In this document: piece by piece, positions 40,512-49,739 of the stretch
How the letters are laid out: the number at the start of each line of letters is the position of its first letter
Position numbering within the stretch: the first letter of the stretch is position 1
Source of the DNA: Chitinophagaceae bacterium
GTDB lineage: Bacteria > Bacteroidota > Bacteroidia > Chitinophagales > Chitinophagaceae
DNA length: 64,000 nucleotides
Reading direction: 5' to 3'
NCBI GenBank assembly: GCA_947455215.1
Contig: CANGNA010000001.1
Location: 52,800 to 116,799 of the forward strand
Notes under the pieces: generated by a model
What the model was told of the DNA's origin: nothing
The model's input: only the letters and a program-made list of their open reading frames with translations
Database searches by the model: none
Position numbers and translations under genes: made by a program

Positions 40512-41360
40512 ATGTCTTACCTCATTGTTGATAGCGGTTCCACCAAAACAGACTGGTGCTTACTCAGGAAAAATAAGAAGCCTGTACAGTTCACTACACA
40601 GGGCATCAACCCTTTTCTGCAAAGCCCGGAGTCTATAGCCAGCATGCTCAATGATGAGTTGCCTGCCGATAAGTTTGGCGCCAAGCCGGAAGCTATCTTT
40701 TATTACGGTGCAGGAACTGCCAGCAAGCCCAAGCAAGTGCTGATGCAGGACATACTGAAGAAACATTTCGGGCTTAAAAAAGTGACCGTTCAGAGCGATA
40801 TGATGGCTGCGGCCCACTCGCTTTGCGGCGATAAAAAGGGAATAGTGTGCGTTTTAGGTACCGGCAGTTCTTCGTGCTACTACGATGGAGATAAGATAAA
40901 GGAACGCAGGCCATCGCTGGGGTATATTGCCGGCGATGAGGGCAGCGGCAATCACATGGGCAAGCGGGTGTTGCAGTACTACTCTTACAGCACCTTTGAT
41001 GCGCAGCTGATGATGGACTTTGAGATGCGATTTGGTAAGGATATTTCAGAGATCGTTAATAAGTTGTACCATCAACCATACCCCAACCGTTACCTGGCAT
41101 CGTTCGTAGCGTTGCTGAAGGAGAATCGTGGCCACTATATGGCAGAGAATATTATAGAAGACTGCCTGAATGACTTTTTCCAGACCAACATATTGAAATA
41201 CAGGCAAAGCTGGAAGAACCCGCTTTATTTTTCGGGCTCTGTAGCATTTTTGTTCAGCGATGTGATCAATAATCTATGCGATCAGTACGAACTGGAGTGC
41301 GGCAAAATAGTGCAAAGCCCTATGGAAGGGCTGCTGTCTTACTACAAAAAACAATTGTAA
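40512..41360 (+). CDS. BadF/BadG/BcrA/BcrD-type ATPase, putative N-acetylglucosamine kinase
   Basis: LIVDSGSTKTDW, VLGTGSSSC, LGYIAGDEGSG. Confidence 0.88.
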   Translation: MSYLIVDSGSTKTDWCLLRKNKKPVQFTTQGINPFLQSPESIASMLNDELPADKFGAKPEAIFYYGAGTASKPKQVLMQDILKKHFGLKKVTVQSDMMAAAHSLCGDKKGIVCVLGTGSSSCYYDGDKIKERRPSLGYIAGDEGSGNHMGKRVLQYYSYSTFDAQLMMDFEMRFGKDISEIVNKLYHQPYPNRYLASFVALLKENRGHYMAENIIEDCLNDFFQTNILKYRQSWKNPLYFSGSVAFLFSDVINNLCDQYELECGKIVQSPMEGLLSYYKKQL

Positions 41361-41570
41361 TTACTTTTTTCTACCGGCAAATGTGAGTGCTATCCCTGCA
41401 ATAAGGATAACGCCACCTGCATAGGTAGGCCAGCCTACATGCTTTGTTTCCTGTTTATTTACCTCCAGCGGGCCTATCTTGGCTACATTTTTCTCCTGGG
41501 TAAAATTGAACCCGGAAAAGACGATCATTAATATACCTACTACTATCAGCATTATTCCAGCTACGCGCAT
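41361..41570 (-). CDS. Small two-TM membrane protein
   Basis: MRVAGIMLIVVGI...AKIGPLEVNK...WPTYAGGVILIAG. Confidence 0.8.
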   Translation of the reverse strand: MRVAGIMLIVVGILMIVFSGFNFTQEKNVAKIGPLEVNKQETKHVGWPTYAGGVILIAGIALTFAGRKK

Positions 41571-41700
41571 ATTCTTATGTTTTACAAATGGTGTATAAAA
41601 ACCGTGCACCTATCGTTTTGAGCTATAGCTATATAGTATTGGCTATTTTGCATGTAGGTACATACAATTGTACCTTTGCATTGTAAAAAGGACATAAAAA

Positions 41701-42270
41701 ATGATCAAGATAGCTAAGACAGAAGGACCGGTGATAGACCTGATAAAAGGCAGGTGGAGCGCAAGGTCGTTTGCAGAAAGGGCGGTGAGCGAACAAGATA
41801 TACACACTATGCTGGAGGCCGCTACGTGGGCTGCAAGTGCCAATAACGAACAGCCATGGGAATACTACTATGCGTTGAAGGGTACAGAAGGATTTGCCAG
41901 GCTGGCTGAAAGCCTGATGCCGGGTAATAAGCCATGGGCCGCTAATGCTGCTGCACTTATAGTTTCGGTGGCGAGGAAGACCTTTGCAGCTAATGGTAAT
42001 GAGAACAAAATGGCGTTTCATGATGCCGGTATGGCCAATGCACAGCTGATGCTGCAGGCAAAGGCTATGGATGTGTACACTCATCCTATGGGCGGGTTTG
42101 ATCGAAACATGGTAACAGAGCAGCTGCAATTGAATGATGACAAACAGATAGTATGTATGATTGCCGTAGGCTACCTGGACCATGCCAATAAACTGGAAGA
42201 ACCATTTAAAACAAGAGAAATAACTGAAAGAAGCCGCAAACCTATTGCGGAAATAGCGAGGGAAATATGA
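41701..42270 (+). CDS. Nitroreductase family protein
   Basis: RWSARSF, AASANNEQPW, HPMGGFD; TACCTTTG box at 41671. Confidence 0.92.
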   Translation: MIKIAKTEGPVIDLIKGRWSARSFAERAVSEQDIHTMLEAATWAASANNEQPWEYYYALKGTEGFARLAESLMPGNKPWAANAAALIVSVARKTFAANGNENKMAFHDAGMANAQLMLQAKAMDVYTHPMGGFDRNMVTEQLQLNDDKQIVCMIAVGYLDHANKLEEPFKTREITERSRKPIAEIAREI

Positions 42271-42605
42271 ATGAACTGAATATACTGGTATATGCGCCCG
42301 ACCCTATGTTGCTGGAGCGTATGCTGCAGATCATATCGGACGAGCAAGGCTGGTGCGCAGAAGGTACAACCGATGATGAGCGCGCTATAGAGATGTTCCA
42401 TCGCCGGAAGAATGAACTGGTGATAATAGGTGGTAACGTAGATAGCGTGACCGATGTGAAGCTGAAGAAACTTTTTACACGATTAGACAGACATGTAAGC
42501 ATACTGAATTTTTATGGTGGAGACGATTGGTACCTGCGCGTGCAGATACGCACCATAATGAAGCTGGATGAGGATGCGCCGGTGGTAATGGACTCACCTT
42601 TTTAA
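42267..42605 (+). CDS. Hypothetical protein, degenerate receiver-like
   Basis: Overlaps the nitroreductase stop (ATGA); REC-like alpha/beta pattern. Confidence 0.65.
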   Translation: MNELNILVYAPDPMLLERMLQIISDEQGWCAEGTTDDERAIEMFHRRKNELVIIGGNVDSVTDVKLKKLFTRLDRHVSILNFYGGDDWYLRVQIRTIMKLDEDAPVVMDSPF

Positions 42606-42681
42606 AGTGATGCAAGCAATAATAAAGTAGCGGCAGTTTATAAATATTCTTTATAAATTGCCGCTATTCATTTTACGTCCT

Positions 42682-43464
42682 ATGAAAGAGTTCAAAATAA
42701 GGCCGGGAGGGTTTGATGATCTGCAAAAGATAGCAATGAAGCGGGTTCGGATCATCACGGCCAGCCTGCCGATAGTTGTGCTTGTTATTGCATCAACAGC
42801 AAGCGGCACCCCTATCTGGGAAGATACAACGGTGTTGCTTGTTATAGCGTTATGCGTTTTATCAGGCACGGTCATTAGTTTTTTTATTGCGAAGAAGGGG
42901 ATAGAGCTGCACCGCAGTATACTAGAGAGTTATACGCTGACATTTGAAGGCAGTCTTATTACACGTGAACAGGACAGAACACCGCCTATTGCCCTTTATG
43001 AAGGCGATATTACCAGCATAGCAAAGACCTCAAAAGGTGCATATGTTATCAAAGGCAAGGAGGGGCGAGATATGATACTGGTTCCGAATGTTATCGACAA
43101 CGTTGCCGAACTGGAGCAGGAGTTGTTACGCATAGCGCCAATAGAACGGTACAAGAGTTCAACCGACCGGGTAAGGGCAATTGCTCTTATAGTGTTGCTG
43201 CCCTCCGCTATGATCGGGCTTTATTTCTCAGATGAGGCGGTGATAGTAGTGCCCGCGGCGATAACATTAATGTCGGTAATGGCATGGCTGTTATTTGCGA
43301 TGAACAAGCACAAGCGAAACATAGATGAAACTGCGAGGAAACGTATGTGGATTTTGTACCTGATATACCCTTCCTTTTTATTCCTGTCAGTTGTTAAGGT
43401 AGTTAAAGCTGTTCCTTACTTGTCTGAAAAATTTCCGGTCATAGCTAATATGAAGCAACGATAG
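42682..43464 (+). CDS. Hypothetical multi-pass membrane protein
   Basis: About five hydrophobic segments. Confidence 0.7.
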   Translation: MKEFKIRPGGFDDLQKIAMKRVRIITASLPIVVLVIASTASGTPIWEDTTVLLVIALCVLSGTVISFFIAKKGIELHRSILESYTLTFEGSLITREQDRTPPIALYEGDITSIAKTSKGAYVIKGKEGRDMILVPNVIDNVAELEQELLRIAPIERYKSSTDRVRAIALIVLLPSAMIGLYFSDEAVIVVPAAITLMSVMAWLLFAMNKHKRNIDETARKRMWILYLIYPSFLFLSVVKVVKAVPYLSEKFPVIANMKQR

Positions 43465-43484
43465 ATGATGAGCTTTACCACGAT

Positions 43485-43517
43485 AATAAAGCCAACTTTT
43501 ATCAAGTTGGCTTTATT
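43485..43517. terminator. Bidirectional terminator
   Basis: aataaagccaactt-ttatc-aagttggctttatt. Confidence 0.85.
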
Positions 43518-43518
43518 G

Positions 43519-44814
43519 TTAATGTGCAAAATCTGTATCAAAGTTCAGCATCCTTTCTTTTGGCGGGTTAAAGTAGCCAAATTTCAGGTTGGGGAACTCC
43601 TCGTGTATCAGGTCGATCATTTGCTTTATGCCCATGCATTCGCCGGTGTCGGCAACGCCCATTTTGCCCAGGTACCAGTCGGGGTCTATGTTGAAGTTGC
43701 GCCACTGTATCATGCTGATATCTGTTTCGCGGATGAATGCGCATAGGGCATCAAACTCGGCAATGCTATCCGTCATGCCCGGGAACACGAAGTAGTTGAT
43801 AGACGACCAGCCGCCGTATTTGCGAACGATCTTCAGGCTTTCCTTCAGGTCGTCGAATTGGTAGTTATTGGGCTGGTAGTATTTGGTATAAATGTCGGGG
43901 CGGGCAGAGTTCATGCTCACGCGTATGCTATCCAGGCCGGCCTGCATCAGCTGCTCTACTGCAGCCGGTTTGCTGCCATTGGTGTTGATGTTGATGCTGC
44001 CTTTTGGTGTGTGTTTACGTATCTCTATAATGGATTGTTTGATGGTCTCCCACATCAGCAAAGGTTCGCCTTCGCAGCCCTGCCCAAAGCTTACGATGGG
44101 GTAGGGTGCTGTCTCCAGGTGAGGTACGGTATACTCGGCTATCTCCTCGGCTGTAGGTTTGAAGGTAAGCCTGTCTTGTGTAGATACAATGGTCTCGTCT
44201 TCGGGCTGGAACGATATACAACCTATACAGTTGGCATTACATGCCGGGGAAGTTGGTATCGGGCATTCCCAGCGACCCATAAAGTAGTTGCGCGATGCCG
44301 GGCAGCTGTAGGTAAGTGTGCATTTTTCGGCCAGGTGTTTTACCAGCCTGTTGTGGGGGTAGGCAGCCACAAATTTGTCTACGCCTTCCCTTATCGTGCG
44401 GTCGTCGTAGCCGGCGCATTCCTGGCGGATATCCCGCTCTATACGTACGGCAGGTACATAAAATTTATTGTTGAGCCAGCCTGCCGCGGTGTAGGAGAAC
44501 AGGGGCAGGGTGGGTGCATCTGGCATGGTCTCGAAGGCCGCCAGGTACAGGCCGGTATGTGCCGGTGGTATAAAGGCTGCTACAGCCCATCCTTTTTCGC
44601 ATAGGCGCATTTCGCCGGTATTCACGTCAATACCTATGCCGCGCCTGCCGGGCAGTTCGTATAAGGTGCCGCCATCGGGCAATTCTATCCATTCATCTTC
44701 GGGTATCTCTCCGGCATCCCAGCCACTGCGGCCGGCCACGTATAGGGTGGTATCTTCGAAAATATTGCCTTTACCGTCGGAAAATAATATATAAGGACTT
44801 GTCATTTGTTGCAT
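43519..44814 (-). CDS. Radical SAM protein of unknown function
   Basis: CNANCIGC (CX3CX2C), SFGQGCEGEP; TATCTTTG box at 44826-44833 (-). Confidence 0.92.
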   Translation of the reverse strand: MQQMTSPYILFSDGKGNIFEDTTLYVAGRSGWDAGEIPEDEWIELPDGGTLYELPGRRGIGIDVNTGEMRLCEKGWAVAAFIPPAHTGLYLAAFETMPDAPTLPLFSYTAAGWLNNKFYVPAVRIERDIRQECAGYDDRTIREGVDKFVAAYPHNRLVKHLAEKCTLTYSCPASRNYFMGRWECPIPTSPACNANCIGCISFQPEDETIVSTQDRLTFKPTAEEIAEYTVPHLETAPYPIVSFGQGCEGEPLLMWETIKQSIIEIRKHTPKGSININTNGSKPAAVEQLMQAGLDSIRVSMNSARPDIYTKYYQPNNYQFDDLKESLKIVRKYGGWSSINYFVFPGMTDSIAEFDALCAFIRETDISMIQWRNFNIDPDWYLGKMGVADTGECMGIKQMIDLIHEEFPNLKFGYFNPPKERMLNFDTDFAH

Positions 44815-44950
44815 TGCTGAAACGGCAAAGATACCTGCTATTTTCCGTTTTCGGTGCATCGGCGATGGCCTGATCGTTACGCCGGCATTATAAATGCCTG
44901 CGAACTGTGATGACATCCGGTGGTTACAACAAGTTTTTGCCAGGTGATCT

Positions 44951-45277
44951 ATTGCAGTTTTTGCATAAAGAAATTTTTGATGGTTTTGTGCAATTCTACT
45001 TTAGGTACAAGGGGTATTGTGCTGTTTTGTAAAGGGTTGCTGATATGGTGTTTTTCTTTCTATTTGCAGTGTCTGCAATTTCCGGATCAGGATTTGCAGG
45101 ATTTTGGGACAAGGAGGATCTCATTTTTTGTGGGGTTTGGGAGGTTTAGAAAAGGGTTTATTGTGGGGTAATGGTACGATCTGCGAGGGGCGGTTTTCAA
45201 ATATTTTTTTGCACAAAGTAAAGTGGCCTCCCCATACGCATTTCTGCCGATGGAAATTTTTGATAGTTGCCGGCAAT
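44951..45277 (-). repeat. Inverted copy of the 13956-14198 element, with its terminal block present at both ends
   Basis: See the 13956-14198 feature; ttgccggcaa/ctgccgatg block at 45237-45277 and a diverged one at 44951-44998. Confidence 0.8.
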
Positions 45278-45497
45278 TCTGCTTGAGGTAATGTTTATAA
45301 GCTACTGAAATGTAGTGCAGGTATAAAAATGTTTGATATGGCGTTTTCTGCCGATGTGGCATTTTTGCCGGTGGCAAAAATGCCGACTGTTTTGTAGTGT
45401 GATAGTGTCATAGTGAAAGATCTTTTATGCCGGGAGAGGCATGCTCCGGCACCACAAATATACGCCGCGGGAGGGGGCTGTTCCAAATATTTTTTAG

Positions 45498-45622
45498 CCT
45501 CACCCCTGCCTACGGCAGGCAGGCCGGCCCTCTCCAAGGGGAGAGGGTGATGGCATCAGATAAGAAACAATCGCCCCGCGCCTCATTGGGTTGGTTGCCG
45601 GCGGGGACGCCAGCAACGGCGT
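45498..45622. repeat. Nested palindromic repeats plus a diverged REP2 copy
   Basis: cctcacc[cctgcctacggcaggcagg]ccggccctctccaaggggagagggtga; gttgccggcggggacgccagcaacggc. Confidence 0.7.
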
Positions 45623-45644
45623 GACGGTAAGGGCATGTGGCGAT

Positions 45645-45684
45645 AAACAATAAGGGCCGCCCGGCGGCGACCCTTATTGTTTTT
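45645..45684 (-). terminator. Terminator directly after the 72-aa ORF
   Basis: aaacaataaggg...cccttattgttt. Confidence 0.75.
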
Positions 45685-45903
45685 TTAGCCCTCTTGTACT
45701 GTGGGACTGTAGTAGTTAACCTGTACGGTGTACCATGGTTTGTTAGGATCGTTGGTGGGGGTGACGACCACGGGCTGTATGTGGAAGTTGCTCATGGTGC
45801 CGGCATCTATGCCTGCCCTGATAAATTGGTTGACTACATCGGTTACAGAGGCTATAGTGCCATGTACGCCTAATACTGAGAATACTGCTGTTTGGTTGGT
45901 CAT
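45685..45903 (-). CDS. Small hypothetical protein (72 aa)
   Basis: A/C-rich leader typical of Bacteroidota; own terminator. Confidence 0.6.
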   Translation of the reverse strand: MTNQTAVFSVLGVHGTIASVTDVVNQFIRAGIDAGTMSNFHIQPVVVTPTNDPNKPWYTVQVNYYSPTVQEG

Positions 45904-46263
45904 AGTTTATGTTTTTGGTTTGTGTTTATGTTTATGGTTTGGTTTTGATTTGTAGGGGCTGCCCTTAGACTATTTTTCCTCTGTAGCGAAGTCAAAAAAG
46001 ACATAGCAGAACTGTTTTTTGTTTCCTTTGCTTTTAGAACACTACGCTGAACAGGATACTGCTGTCTGGTTGGTCATAGTTTATGTTTTTTGGTTTGTGT
46101 TTGTGTTTGTGTTTGTGTTTGGTTTGTGATGGCAAAGACTATGCTTGTTTTAAGTGGAGTCTATGTTTGATGTTATTAAACTTTTACTTTTTGTCTTTCT
46201 CTTCTATTTACCCTATAGTCTGAGCTGAAATTGGTACAGTACAATACCATTATTTTATTGCCT

Positions 46264-46761
46264 TTAATGATAAAAAGTAGCAAGAATGACTTTTTTATTT
46301 TCCATATCAACTACATAACGTGGTCTTTGGTATATGTCAACTCTTCCACTAATTTCAAAATTATTAAATGGCGTATTTTTATCTTTCCCTGTAAAGACAT
46401 CATCGAATCTTTGAAAATATATTGGATACAATCTGCCACATATATTCATTTTCCTATTTGACACGTTAAATATTGAATCGGTAGGATAAGCGTGTTTATA
46501 GTAAATACCAATATTGTACAAGTAATTATTGCTTTTCAGCCCATCTCCACGTATATAGCGAAAATCTCCGGCAGGTTCGATAAGTATATAAACTGAATCT
46601 TTATTTAGGGAATCAATTCTATTGCATAACAAACCTTCTAAGGAATCAAATACACTGTAGACAATGACTTGCTCACTGTATTTAGTTTGAGCTGACACAT
46701 TAACCGACATCACCAGCATTATAGCCAGTAAAAGTTTATTTAGGCTGATTCGGGCTATCAT
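46264..46761 (-). CDS. Hypothetical secreted protein, AT-rich
   Basis: Signal peptide (LLLAIMLVMSVNVSA). Confidence 0.7.
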   Translation of the reverse strand: MIARISLNKLLLAIMLVMSVNVSAQTKYSEQVIVYSVFDSLEGLLCNRIDSLNKDSVYILIEPAGDFRYIRGDGLKSNNYLYNIGIYYKHAYPTDSIFNVSNRKMNICGRLYPIYFQRFDDVFTGKDKNTPFNNFEISGRVDIYQRPRYVVDMENKKVILATFYH

Positions 46762-46803
46762 AATATTGCTTAATTATTTTATTTAATAATACATCTTGTA
46801 ATG

Positions 46804-47092
46804 TTCCGTCCTCGGAGAGTTTCTCTCATAGGCTTTGCGCAGCCGAGGACTCGCCGATATCGGGCGGGCGTAAGTGTGTCCATATTGCTCGAACCAATAC
46901 TTTTCAATGCATTCGGTCATATGAATAACATGTAGAACCCTTGTTGGCCTGTCTTATAAAATCCTGCAGAACTATACGTGGGTTTGTTTATTGGTATATT
47001 ATAAAGATACGATATTTTCATGCCCATCCGATATCGCCGGGTCCTCGCTGCGCGCAATGCCAGCGCACTGAGAGACCCGGCGAGGACGGAAA
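46804..47092 (-). mobile_element. Non-autonomous, internally deleted RAYT derivative (both REP ends plus the gene termini)
   Basis: Left REP 46804-46868; copy of the RAYT 3' end 46871-46980 fused to a copy of the RAYT 5' end 46981-47022; right REP 47023-47089. Confidence 0.88.
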
Positions 47093-47122
47093 TATGTGCT
47101 AAGATATCAGGTAGGTACCGCA

Positions 47123-47566
47123 CTATAACCCCTTGATATGTTGTTGGCTAAACAGTTCGGTTTCGCCATCGTAAAAGGTGGCATCGTGAAACTTGCCGTT
47201 GATCCAGGCATATTTTGCTACCAACACTTTATTGTAGTCCCAATCAGTATAAGGGTAAATATTCATTCTTTCATTTACCCCTTTCTCGCCGCTTTTATCA
47301 TATTTGAAAAAGACAATGAGGCACAATGAGTGATCTTCTCGCTCTGAAGGAATGTGACCCTTCACATAATCAGTGATGGAATCAAAAACTTTAGTGTTTT
47401 TTATATCAAAATTCTCTATGCCATATATCATCTCACATGTAGCAGGCCAGCACAACTTATCTTTCCATTTAAGATCAATGAACTTTAACGGCAGATGCTG
47501 TCTATTATGTACACAGGAAAGTAACGAAACCAATAAGAGCAGATAAAGAACTTTAAATCCTGTCAT
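47123..47566 (-). CDS. Hypothetical lipoprotein lying between the mini-RAYT and the RAYT
   Basis: Lipobox SLLSC; AT-rich. Confidence 0.72.
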   Translation of the reverse strand: MTGFKVLYLLLLVSLLSCVHNRQHLPLKFIDLKWKDKLCWPATCEMIYGIENFDIKNTKVFDSITDYVKGHIPSEREDHSLCLIVFFKYDKSGEKGVNERMNIYPYTDWDYNKVLVAKYAWINGKFHDATFYDGETELFSQQHIKGL

Positions 47567-47592
47567 ATATATTAAATGTTATTCTTATAATG

Positions 47593-47658
47593 TTTCCGTC
47601 CTCGGCGAGTCTCTCGCATAGCCTTTGCGCAGCGGAGGACTCGCCGATATCGGGAGGG
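47593..47658. repeat. RAYT-flanking REP (3' side), inverted relative to the 5'-side copies
   Basis: tttccgtcctcggcgagtctctc...gaggactcgccgatatcggg. Confidence 0.88.
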
Positions 47659-47659
47659 T

Positions 47660-48256
47660 CTAAGTGCGCCTATATTGTTCGAACCAATACTTTTCAATGC
47701 ATTCGGTCACATGAATAACATTGTACACCCCGTGTCGGCCTGTCTCATAAAATCCTGCGGAACTATGTGTGTAGTCTCCCGGGAACTGTACGAGATCCCA
47801 TTTTTTGCTGACCGGGTTGTTATGAATATAGTTTAATTTTTGATTGATGAATGCATATGAGTGACACAATTTAGCATCGAATGATGGCTTAAACACTTCA
47901 TGCAACTTGCCGTTATTCTTGTCGGAGGTGGAAACGCCAGCCGAAAGTACAGATAGTATATCTGTACTTTTGTTCAACTTTAATCTATTTACAATATCAT
48001 ACGCCATGAAGCGCTTTGCGTTGCCGATCATAGTATTAATGCTTTGTGTGCCTGGAGTAAACCCTATCAATGCATGAATGTGATTAGGCATGATAACATA
48101 ACCGGTGACGTGGTGACCCTTTTGCTGCAAAATGTCGAACCATTTATAAACCAGGTCATACGCATTGGTCAGTTCAAATAACAGTAGCCATTTGAAGTTA
48201 GTAAATGTGATAAAATATATGCCCGGCTGGTAGAGGTGGGGTTTGTTTACTGGCAT
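47660..48256 (-). mobile_element. REP-associated tyrosine transposase (RAYT, IS200/IS605 TnpA-like HUH-Y1)
   Basis: YFITFTN..W, YVIMPNHIHAL (HUH), KLNYIHNNPV (catalytic Tyr region), HSSAGFY; flanked by inverted REPs. Confidence 0.92.
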
Positions 48257-48281
48257 AGGATGAAGATACGATTTTTTGCTG

Positions 48282-49088
48282 CCCACCCGATGTCGCCGGG
48301 TCCTCGCTGCGCGCAATGCCGGCTCACTGAGAGACCCGGCGAGGACGGGAATGTATGCCCGGCTGGAGGAGGTGGCGTTTTTTTATTGGCATAGGATGAT
48401 TTTTTGCTGCCCACCCGATGTCGCCGGGTCCTCGCTGCGCACAATGCCGGCGCACTGAGAGACCCGGCGAGGACGGAAATGTATGCCCGGCTGGAGGAGG
48501 TGGGGTTTGTTTACTGGCATAGGATGAAGATACGATTTTTTGCTGCCCACCCGATATCGCCGGGTCCTCGCTGCGCGCAATGCAGGCTCACTGAGAGACC
48601 CGGCGAGGACGGAGACGTGACCCGGCTTGGTGCCCCATGTGCTGATTGTTGGTGCCAACACCAACAATTGCGGGTATCCCACCCGATATCGCCGGGTCCT
48701 CGCTGCTGGGCAATGCCGGCGCACTGAGAGACCCGGCGAGGACGGAGACGGGTCGCACTTTACCTTGTCGCGGAAATACTCTACCGGGTGCGGGTCTACC
48801 GGGTCTAAAGGATCACCATCTTTTATCAGGTCTTTCAGCATATTGTCCAGGTTGTTGAGATCGACCATGGTAAAGCTTTCGGGGTAGCCGTTGCTGTTTC
48901 GCAAGCGGGACGCTTGCCATAGTGGAGGACGAAGCGGGACGCTTACGACCAGTGTGGGTACTAATACTGCTTAGCGCCCCGCGTGCTGATCGTTGGTGGG
49001 AACACCAACAATGGCGTGTATCCCACCCGATGTCGCCGGGTTCTCGCTACGCGCAATGCCGGCGCACTGAGCGACCCGGCGAGGACGG
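48282..49088. repeat. Array of five 67-68-bp REP units (48282, 48410, 48546, 48678, 49022) with two embedded REP2 copies (48627-48671, 48971-49015)
   Basis: cccacccgatRtcgccgggtcctcgct...agagacccggcgaggacgg repeated. Confidence 0.92.
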
Positions 49089-49157
49089 GAGAAAGCTGAA
49101 GGTGCGCAACAAGGAAGCACTGCTACATGAGCTATACGAGATAGGGCTGTGAGGGGG

Positions 49158-49664
49158 CTAATGTGTTTCCGATCTGCTGATGACCTTAGACTTTTGCCAG
49201 TCACCCAGGTATTTTGACGGGGTTATGACCATGCAGCCCATCACTATGAGCACCACGAATGTGCGGACCAGGATATTGCGGTAGAACTGCAGGTGCTTTG
49301 ATGATTGCAGTATGACGAGTATGATGGTGAACAGCAGGTTGATACTGCCTATGGCATACACCACTTTGGGACTATTGTAGCCGTAAACAAGAAAATACAG
49401 TATGCCTGCTATAGAGAGCGAGAGTATGCCGGAGGCGAGTATGGCAATGGCCACGCGGGCGAAGGTGACTTGTGCATAGCTGCTTTTTTTCAGGCAGTTG
49501 CGCAGGCGCACATCGTTGAACAATAGTATGCCCCCCAGCAGGTATAAAGCGGCCAGGCATATCAGCGCCAGCGCTATAACGGGCCTGCCGCCTGCTATGG
49601 TCAGCAGGTTCATCAGCACGCCGGTCAATGCCATCAGGGCAAGTACTTTTTCCAGGAATTTCAT
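49158..49664 (-). CDS. Hypothetical multi-pass membrane protein
   Basis: About five TM segments. Confidence 0.7.
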   Translation of the reverse strand: MKFLEKVLALMALTGVLMNLLTIAGGRPVIALALICLAALYLLGGILLFNDVRLRNCLKKSSYAQVTFARVAIAILASGILSLSIAGILYFLVYGYNSPKVVYAIGSINLLFTIILVILQSSKHLQFYRNILVRTFVVLIVMGCMVITPSKYLGDWQKSKVISRSETH

Positions 49665-49739
49665 GCGCTGTAAAGATAGGGTTATGCTACATTACTTGGC
49701 CATGGTTGCCACCCGGCACCTTTTTCGTTAGGAAAATAA

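Noticed and set aside
44951-45277. Circular permutation of the 13956-14198 element
   Set aside because: The terminal block is present at both ends of this copy, so the order is co-linear with one extra block rather than permuted.
44920-45624. Short ORFs at 44920-45624
   Set aside because: They translate repeat and hairpin DNA (for example PAYGRQ, NPANPDP); no coding signal.
48383-48904. 173-aa ORF, and the other ORFs crossing the REP array
   Set aside because: They read through REP units and RAYT 5' copies; only the first ~50 codons look coding and are reported as a fragment.
48282-49088. CRISPR array
   Set aside because: Repeats are 67-68 bp, two spacers are copies of each other and of the RAYT gene, spacer length is irregular, and there are no cas genes in the window.
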